From a virus (Duplodnaviria; Caudoviricetes), in the IMG/VR virus record IMGVR_UViG_3300025645_000240, positions 1-33,612 of that record: DNA of 33,612 nucleotides. One strand, given 5' to 3'. The notes beneath the pieces are model-generated. The model ran no database searches. It saw only the letters and a program-made list of their open reading frames with translations, and was not told the DNA's origin. Positions 16,747 through 26,300 of this stretch are shown here, one piece after another. The number at the start of each line of letters is the position of its first letter. Position 1 is the stretch's first letter. The translations under genes were made by a program, and so were the position numbers.

Positions 16747-17007
16747 ATGAGGAACAATCAAACATTGGCCGACCTAATCGCGTCTAGCGGTATGAGCCTA
16801 AACAGCGCGGCGAAAGCTGCGCGGGTAGGCCGGACCAGCATTTGGCGGTGGTGTCGAGGACACTCATCGCCGAGATACGCTCAAGCGTCGGCTTTAGCCA
16901 CGGCAATCAACGCTACGGTTGACGACGTGCTTCAAGCTATCCACGCCAGCCAGCTTGCCGAAGCCACAGGCGAACCCCAGCAAGGATCCGCTCCCGCCGT
17001 GGCGTAG
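16747..17007 (+). CDS. Xre/Cro-like HTH transcriptional regulator
   Basis: GMSLNSAAKAARVGRTSIWRWCRGHSSP...LATAINATVDDV. Confidence 0.88.
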   Translation: MRNNQTLADLIASSGMSLNSAAKAARVGRTSIWRWCRGHSSPRYAQASALATAINATVDDVLQAIHASQLAEATGEPQQGSAPAVA

Positions 17008-17353
17008 GCGAGATCGATATCAGGACCTCCCGAAGATCGATCATCAGGTCGATTGCGTCTTCGATCAAAGGATCGGAGATCGGCTCTGCCGATATCGAGC
17101 GTGGCCTGCGAGTCGTTTTAGGGTATTTCCTTGGCGGCTTGCGGATCGCCTGTTGAAGGTTCATCCCTTGTGCAAGCCGTGACTCAACCGTTCTGCGGTC
17201 GATGTTCATTTCCCTGCATAGCTCGGCAAGAGATATCTCGCGGCCATTAAGGATCACCTTCCGCATAGAAATGTGTCGCCAAGAAGGAGAAGCACCGCGA
17301 AGGGAGAGAGGGTCGCGGGATGCGTCATTGGCCTCATCACTCCTTGACGACAC
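16937..17353 (-). CDS. HTH DNA-binding protein (resembles the DNA-binding domain of phage HNH/homing endonucleases)
   Basis: VILNGREISLAELCREMNIDRRTVESRLAQGMNLQQAI pattern; start is GTG 17353 or ATG 17266; no nuclease domain seen. Confidence 0.7.
   Translation of the reverse strand: MSSRSDEANDASRDPLSLRGASPSWRHISMRKVILNGREISLAELCREMNIDRRTVESRLAQGMNLQQAIRKPPRKYPKTTRRPRSISAEPISDPLIEDAIDLMIDLREVLISISPTPRRERILAGVRLWLRQAGWRG
17281..17323 (-). terminator. Possible terminator hairpin after the giant gene
   Basis: CCGCGA/TCGCGG stem extended by GCA/TGC, followed on the - strand by TTCTCCTTCTT (imperfect U tract). Confidence 0.3.
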
Positions 17354-17369
17354 ATCTGGAACATACCTT
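17354..17369 (-). promoter_or_regulatory. Putative -10 element
   Basis: AAGG-TATGTT-N6-GTG(17353); overlaps an operator half-site TGTTCCA. Confidence 0.4.
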
Positions 17370-20300
17370 AGCGAACCCCAGTGAACAAGCCGCTCGCGTC
17401 AAAAGCGTCTTCTCCAGGTTCAAGATCTTCCGCTAATCCAAACCCTCGGCGGATTCGCTTAGAAGCCGTAGATGCAGCAGCTCCACCAGCTCCTGTTATG
17501 ATCATCAAGACTTCGCCAAAGTCGAGAATGCTTTCGCTAGAGAATGGCTTTTCACCAGACACAACTTGCTGGCCTTCACGCAAGGCTCGCGCAATAAGCG
17601 AAAGAGTCGGGGCTTCAGGCATCTTAGTTTCATAGCCCTTCCTAAAGACGGTCTTCGATTCATCGAAGTAAGAGATGAGGTTGGCTGCGACTGTTGACGA
17701 TATTGCGCCTGGGAAACCAAACATTCTCAAAGGAGCAATCGATGAACGAATAGCTACTCGGATTGTTGTTTGGCCTAGCCCGCGCTTGGCCTCTTCCTCC
17801 TCGTCTTCTGGCTCAGTTGAAAGACGCTCTAGTGCTTCCTCGATCATCTCTCCAATAACCATGGTGGCGAACCATGTCATGATTACAGGAGCGGCTGCGG
17901 CAGCTCGCGATTTGTCTGATCGCTTTGTAGTGAAGTCTGCGCGAAGCGAACCCATCATGATGAACCAAGACATGAACTGAGTGAACATCTTGATGGTCGC
18001 CGAACCCTTCTCACCTGATGCAAGCGAGATAGCCATGGTGTCGCCTTGCGTTTGACGCACCGCAGCGTCCCCAGCAAGAGCTGCTTGCTCTTCGCTTACT
18101 CCAGCATCAAGCTCTTGCTTGTAAGCACCAAGCCACACTAAGCGGTCAATAGGCTTTTGCGTGATCTCTTGCATCCAGTAAGTGTTTCGGGACAACCAAG
18201 CCGAAGCTTTTTGGCCGCCTCGCATAATCATGTTTTGGTTAGCAACCAAGTCATTGATTCGATCCTTTACCGCATACAGATCAGCCTCAAGAATCTGGCT
18301 GTCATTGCTGTGCCGCAGCTTCATGTAGCGGCTCTTCTTGTAGATCTCTTCCTTAGTTCCTCTGATGTCTGAGATGTAGCTTCCAAAAGCAAGCAGCATG
18401 TGAGCTGGGCCAACTCGGGCTAACGCCAACGGAATGCCACTGATGTTTTGAAGGCTGTTTTTGACGTTGGCAAACATCGCAGCCGTGCCAGCAGACCGAC
18501 GCATGTGCGAAGCGATTTCGTCTAGCCCCATTGGGTCTTTAGACTTTGCCGATGACGATTGTGTCCCGACAGTCTCAAGCCAGCCGTCAAGGAACTCCTT
18601 GTATATCATCGGCTTCATTCGCTCTAACTGTTCTTTGACTCGCTTGTTGCCTGTGAACAATTGAATCCGAGCAAGGGCCGGTCCCATGTGATTGAAGACA
18701 AGGTGATCGTGGAAGTGCTGTTGTTGACGGAACAAATTGAGATCAAGAGCGCGGCTTGCAGTCTTAGTTCTCTGCTTCGTCATGTTGGACTGAACTGTCG
18801 GCAGTGCCGCAGACCAACTACCCTTTTGATCAACCTCCTGTTGTGCTGCAAGAGTGTTACCGACCGTTGAAGTATCAGCCGCTGCTGGCGCATACCAACC
18901 GTCAATGGTGCCCCAAGAAGTTTCGACCTTGCTGGTTTTGACGATCTCTAATGAATATCCCTCGATGGCAAAGAAAGCCTTCTTGGTTTGCGGAAGCATC
19001 TTTTTGTAGATGGCTCCCATGTCGGAAACTATCTTCCAGTCTTCTTCGGTGATCGTTCCGTCTTTTTCCCATGCGCGGATCTGCCGAGTCAACGTGTCAT
19101 CGTCCCATCGCCATCCATCCACTAGTCGCTGGCGGTTAGATGCATTTCCTACATGCAGAAGCATTCCAAGGATGTCTGACTTGCCGTTCTTGAAGACAAA
19201 CTTTTTGCCGGTCTTAGTGTCTTCCAGGAAACTCAGAATAGGCTCGGCAAGCTTCGAGTTTTTCTTTATCTGCTCTGACAGTGGTTTGATGGCCTCTTCA
19301 AACAAAGTCAAGATCTCGGACTCTTGCAGGTTGAGTTCAATCGCAGCCTTCATTGCTGGGTTCCAGATGTTCTGAGTCAGGATGCCTGCCTTCCCTCCGT
19401 CAAGAGCGCGAATCAAAGCTTCCAGCCGTTGCCACCTAGAGTTTTGAGTGCCAAGCCAACCACGCTCTCGCGGTTCGACAGTGACTTCGTCAATGCCAAG
19501 TTCTTCTGCTCGCTGCTCCAGCTTCTTAATCAAGTCATCTAGAGCAACCTTTTGGTTGTCTAGGACAAACATCTGTGACTCGCGCCCACGGTTGAGCATG
19601 CCTTGCACGGCATTCAAGACCATGCGGGCGTCTTCTACAGTTTGATTGTCAAACTGACCGCCAGCATCTGAGGCAATGCCCTGCATCTCTAAGTAGACAG
19701 ACTGTATTTCTGCGACTAGAGGATCATACTCAAGCTCATCTTTGTTAGCTGCGACAAGATCATCCCAAGGCTTCGACCCTTCTTCTTGACGAAGCTTCTT
19801 GCCCATGTCGATGCCAAACATCCGCAGGATCTCTCGAATAGTTTCAACGGTGGCTCCTCCATAGGCTTTTGCCAACGTCTTGTTTCGAGCTGCGCCCGTG
19901 TCTCGCATCCGAGAAGACATCTTGTCTTTACCAGACTCAATAGAAGCCCTGCTTTCGTAAGCCTCGACAGCGAGTGCGCGCTGCTGGATCGAAGCCCTCA
20001 TCAACGCTTGCTTCCTGTCTGGCTCGCGAGACCGAAGTGCTAACGCATAAGTTCGATCAGCTTCCTTTGCGTATTTCTTTGCTCTGTCGGCAAGGTCTTT
20101 TACAGGAACCTTTGAGATGACCTTTAAGGCAACAAACTTGGCTGCACGACGAAGCTCAAGCAAACCTTTTGGACCACCCTTAAGGTCTCGATCTTTCTGT
20201 AACTCAGCGCGTGCATGTGACTCATAAAAGCGGAACATCGCTTCAGTGTTGACAGCTTCGCGAACAGCGTCAGCCATAGCTTCAGAAGTGTTGAACTCGC

Positions 20301-23300
20301 TGTATTCAGCCTTCATTCGAGAGTCGGCAAGAGACTGCACCTCTTCGTCAAGAGGTGATGCGATGCTTAGTTCGTCAAGCATTTCATCAATTGAGTCATA
20401 GCCAAACATCAAGATTGCCATCTCTGGCGAGACTCGGTCAGCCCCTTCGCCAAAGTCTGACTTGCGACGATCACCAGGGAGAACCCTGGCGTCATCAGTA
20501 ACCAAGTATTGCTTTTGCTTCTTCTTCTTCTCGTCCTGACTAACCAGCACTGGGCCTTCTTCTTCAGTCGAATCAACGCCTAGCACTTCGCCGGTCTTAA
20601 GCCAATGCTGAAAGCGCGCAACGCGCTCACGAATCAACAGCTGGTTGCGTTCGTCTTCCTCAACAGCTTTGCGGATCTTCCTAGACTTGGACTGCATCTT
20701 CTTTAACTCGCGGCTTTCAAACCGGCGCAGATACTCCAAGTCTTTCATTAAGCGGACACGCAAGACTTCTTTGGCCGTGCCCTTTGCGTCATCAAACAAG
20801 TCTCCAAGAAGCTCGATCTGCTCTTTAGGGATCTGCCCAGACGCTAGCAAAGTATCAGTAGTGACACTGCCAAACATGGGTGTTGTCAAAAGCTCAAGAA
20901 CAGCTCCGATTGCCTTCTGCCTCATCGCAAGCTCGATCTCTTCTTCGCTTGCAGATAGACGGTCTAAGACTGCAACTACTTCAGGGGTAAGCGCAGGAAG
21001 GTTCTCGCCATTGGGGTGCGCTTCACTTCGCGTTTCCTCTCTGTAGGAGACGTTTAGGCGGTTCTTGATACCGTCTGGGCCACCATAGATTTGCGCCATC
21101 CAACCAGCGATACGACGAAACACATTTCGCATCCCTACGTTGGGAGCTTTGTTGTGATAGAGGTATAGCTCGAACGAGTAAGCAAACGCTTCGTGCGCTT
21201 TTCGGCGGTTGTTGATGTCTTGCTTAGTCGTGGCGAATGGGCGGGCGTAATCATCAAGCGACTTATAGCCAGCCCACAAAGCAATCGCGGTCAAGTCCGC
21301 AATGTTCTTCTTTGTAGCGCGCCCTTCGCGGTAAGCCTGGGTCATCACCTCGAAGTGGAAGTGAGCAAACTCGTGGAAGAAGGTCGAGATATTGTGCCTC
21401 TTAAAGAGGATGACCTCCATCGTCTTGGAGTTAAACTGACCAAGAACGCTGCCCTCCCCTGCGGCGCGCAGGTTGGTGTCGGCCTCGGACGATTTCTTAG
21501 CAACTTGTCGGGCAGCTTTGCTCTGCGTATTTACAGCAGCACCATAGGTTTTGGACTTAACGCCTTCCGTCCCCTGGTAAAGCTCCGCGTGATCTGGATC
21601 GAAAACCATAAACACAACATCTGGCTCGCCGTTGTTGTATTTACCAAAAGTCTTTTTGCTCCAGTTACCTGGGGCTTCGTTGTCATCCCACTTGACTCGC
21701 GAGACAACTTTTAGACCGTGAGCTGCGTAAAGGTGCGGCAGGATGGTGTCGAATGCGTCAGCCTTAGTGCCGCCAGCAGCAATCGCTGCTTCAACCATCG
21801 ACCGCCCTCCTCCTTCGGTTGAAAAGCCTGAAACGATGTCGCCATCAGATTTAATGGCAACGCCAGTCTTGCCACTCTTTGAGAGCAGCATTCGCATACC
21901 CTGATATTCTTCGGCAGAGTAGACAAAAACAGCCGCGCCAAACTTGTTGCCTACTTTGCTTGCTTCAATTGCAGCTACAAAGCGCGCAGCGTTTTCTGGC
22001 GTAGACGCTAATTCAGTTAGCTCAATAGCCGGGGTGTCTGCTTGTTTAAGCTTTCGCTTGAGACCCTTGCCCGCCTTCCAGACTAGAACCCCATCATCTC
22101 CGCGTCTTTTGCTAGCTGTGCTGCTGTAACTCCAAACCGGGTCGCCGCTACCTCTAGAGGCTCGGGAGTTAAGGATTGCGAGTCCTCCTCTGAAGATCCG
22201 CTGCTGGCTTGGAGTAAACTTTTGACCTTGTCCTTGCTGGGCGTTGACACCTGTGCCTTGCCCACTTCCTGGTCGTGCCGTTCCTGAGCGTCCATTCTTT
22301 TCCTTGTTTAGTGCGCGAGTAATGCGGGATTGATTGACACCCTTCGACCTTGCCAATGCCGAAGCGGCGTTAGCGTAGTCAGGAGCGTCTTCGTCTTCAT
22401 ACCCATCAGTATTGCCGTCTGACAAGTCGTCTTTTGCAGACTCGTAAAGACGTTTTTCAGCATACCACAAAACGGCTTGTAGGTCAGCCATTGACAGATC
22501 TTGCAAAGCAGGGTCTTTTCGGACTTCCGCAAGAATCCCGCTAAAAACATCGCGAATCTGGTTTCGTTCTGTCGGCCCCTCTGGGTCTTCCTTCTGCCGA
22601 TCGAGATACCCCCACAAGCTGTTTCCAGCCTTTCGGGATTCCTCGCCCGTCGCCGTCTTGTTCATTTGCTGGCGGTTAGCTGGCTTCTCAGAAGCTTTCT
22701 TAATCACCACTGCAAGCTCTTCGGCGGTCAGTTCGATCACATCTTTCTTAGCTATCTTGCTAAGTGTCGCGAGGTCTTCGGCAGTCATTGCTGCGCGAGC
22801 TGCATTCATGCGAGCGACCGCACGAGCGGTCTGCTCGGGCTGCGACTTCAGTAGCGTGCCGGTCCAGCGACCCCACGTTCGGATCAGCCACCGGTCCATG
22901 GTCAGCGCGTCAAACATCCCGTAAAGGTTCGAGAAGAACCCGTTGCCAATCTTTGGTCCGATGATTGCGGCCCCACGGATCTGCGTGGAAGCATGCTCAC
23001 CTGTCTTTAACGACTCGTCAATTCTGGTGACATCACCCGCCGACATTTCAGTCAACATAAAGCTCCGCAGGTTCTCGATGCCCCACGACTTGACCAGCCT
23101 GTTGAACAGCCCAAACGACTTGTTCATCGCCTTCTGCGAAGTTCCAGCCTTCACGTTTGTTGGCATCACGCCGTTGATTTTGAAGTCTTTGTAGACAGAC
23201 TCTGCCAACTTAAAGTTAAGCGTAACCTCTAAACCATTTGATGTGACCGCAAGCGCAAAGACAAACGCAAAGCGTGCGTTGGGATCCTTCGCTACCTCGG

Positions 23301-26300
23301 GGTGAATGAGAGATACAATTGCTAGGGCTTGCCGTGTTTTTAAGTCATACCAGCCGACCGCGTTTGGGTTCTGTTTAAGAGCGTCAATCGCATCGCGCAC
23401 GCCAACGCGCACGAGGTATTTCCGGGTCTCTTCATCTATCTGCGAAAGGTCAACACCTTCAGCCTCGGCTGCCGCCAACACAGACTCCTGTATCGCAACT
23501 TTTAGGTCTCGAACAAGCCTCCATTTTTCTCGCCCAGAAATCTTACTTGCTCCTTCTAGGGAAGACACTTCGTCAACCGCTTCAGAAACAGGCTTTGCTT
23601 CATCACCCTCAAGCTGCCGCATCATCCCGTCTTCGTCTGCGCTGAAGTTGCCTTCGTTGTTGGTGGACTTGATCTGGTTGGAGTCAAAGGCGACGTATGT
23701 AACATCGTCAATGATGCTTCGCATTGGCCCCGCAGGCGGTAGACTGCCTTGGATTACGCCGTCATGCCCTCGCTTTTTAAGCTCTTCTTGCAGTCGTTTA
23801 CCTATGCCGCGTTCTGTCTCTTTGAAGTTTCCAAACTTATCTAAAAACGATTTGGGAAGGGTCTGTAGGTTTTCGTAATTGAAGATAAACGGATTGCGTA
23901 AACTCAAAAACGCTGGGTAAACCTGACCTCCTTGTTGGACGCTAAACTCGCCGTTGATCGCAGCACCACCTAGGGTGTAGTTGTTTGCGGTTTCTGGGCG
24001 CGAACCGAAGTAAAATCCTTCTCCGTATATTTGGCGACTGGACCGGGCGAAAGTATCGAAAGCTCTTGATGACCCGTGGTAAACCACCAGCGGCTTACCT
24101 TCCGGGTCCACGACCTTGCTATCCCCGAACCAGCGAACGAAGTTCTCGGAGGCTAGCTTGCCGTTGGGTGCGACGCGATCTCCGAACTGCTCCTTGGCCC
24201 AGGCTACGACCTCTGGACGGTAGTCTGCTTCCACGAAGGTGTAGTCAGCGTCTTGCTCAAAGTCGAGTGCCTGCATCTCCGCGACGTGGTTAAGCAGATC
24301 GCTCACTTGGTCGGCAGCTACGCCCTGATTCCCGATAGCTCCTCTTGCATTCTTTAGCTTGGCAATAGGCATTGTTGTCCGCTTGCCGTCCAAGACAACG
24401 GGAACAGTTGTTTCACCAATCTGATCCAGCAAGAACGCTCGATGATGCCCATCTCTAAGGTGAAAAGTTCCGTCTGGGAGACTGTTGACCTCTATTGGGT
24501 TTTGCTCAACAAACGACTTTAGATTCGACTGTGCGCTTGGATCAGAAGTTAAGGCATCAACGCTCTCCCTCATTGTGGGGGTTCGAGCCGCCTCTTGGCT
24601 CCGTAACCTTTCATCTGACGCAGCCTCGGCCATCTGTTGCTGAGTAGCTGCTTTGTATCTTGCGTATTCGACCTGCGACACATCTACGCCATTTTCAACG
24701 GCCTGCACATAGACGTAGTTCCTGACCCATGCCGCAAAAGATTTGATTTTCGCCCGTTGCTCTCGGGTGACTTTTTTACCGCTCAAGGTTTCGTCTGCCT
24801 CGATTAGCTGCGCCTCCATGCCCTCTTCGACAGCGTCGAGGTAAGTGTCTCGCATCTTTTCATCGACACCTTCCTTCTTAAGTTTCTCGCTATGTTCCTT
24901 AGCTAGCTTGTTGAACTCTTTTGCTTTCTCATTCGCCTCATTAACTGACATTGCCTCTGGATCATTGGCTCGAACGATGTTGAGTATCTCAGGGAGAATC
25001 TCGTAATCGTTAAGCTTGTTAGCCAAGTCTGCGGGCTTGATCTCGATGCTTGGAGCCACATCTTCATCAAGCTCCATTTGCGCTTTCACACCCGGCAAAA
25101 TCTTGTCGAACTCTTCTATTGTGACCCCAGCTTTTTCTAGCACCTCCATCAAGTCAGCTCGATTAACAAACATGGTCTCAAGAGACTTGCCTTTTAGAAT
25201 CGACTCAATGAATTGAGACAGAGCCGTTGAGTTGTTTTGAGACAACATGGTGCCGTCGCGCAACGTCGCTAGCTCTCTAATTGACTCAACTGTTCTTTTT
25301 GCTGCCGCGACTCGTTTGCGATCAGTCGCATACCGCAACACCGGGCCTGGAAGAGCAGGCAGCCAAGCGGCCATCGCAGTGTGGCCTGCGGTAGCCATCA
25401 CTAAGTCCCACAGGTCTCCCGCATAGTTCTCGTCGCTAAGAGTTCTTTCAAGCGGAAACAGGCGGCCTACTTCAGGAAGAAATCGGTCAGCTTGATCAGC
25501 CGTCAAAGTCTGGTCTTCGTTGACAAGCTTGCCGGTGTAACGCTCATACACATCGGCAGACACTGTGATAGATCCGTTATCGTTAGTCGTGATCGTGCCG
25601 CCCCCCGGCAAATTGAACACGCCGGGTTCTTTTCCAATTTTCTCCCGCAGCTCCTCAGTCGCGTCCATGCCGATTGACTGAACAATTGCGGTCTCTGACT
25701 CTTGACCCATCTCCTCACCAATTTCGCTGCCATATCCTGCTACGTACCCTTTGGCAGCTCGCACAAGTGACCTTCTTGCCCAAGACTTTGTAAGCTTTTT
25801 AGAAACTAGCCGACGAACAAAGTTCTTGCCGATCTCGGCAAACTGCTTGCCTGGGATCAGCCCACCCGCGACCTCAATTACCCCGTTGACCGCAGCCACT
25901 TCCATCATTAGTGACTGAGCGATATGGCGGTCCATCCCGGCCTGCGTGTAATCGCGAAAAGCATTGCCGCCTTCTGTAATGCCTGTCTGGTATCCTCCGG
26001 CTGCCGCGCCAGCAATCGTGCCTCCCCAGATTGCTGCTGGCCCCATACCGCCTGTTGCAAAGCCAATAACGGTTGTTGCCGCAACACCCGCTGCAAACGA
26101 GGTTGGCGATGTCTCATACATCTGCCCAAGCATCCTGGCAGGCGCAACTAGCCACTCTTGAGATTGAGGTATTGCTTCGAGATACCTCTCAACCAACATC
26201 ACCCTGTTCTCTACAACCTTGTAGTCAGACGTTCCCGGCTCAAGGTTTGAAAGTTCCCAACTAAGCCTTCCCCGCTCATGCTCTAGCCCGCCTGCGTCCC

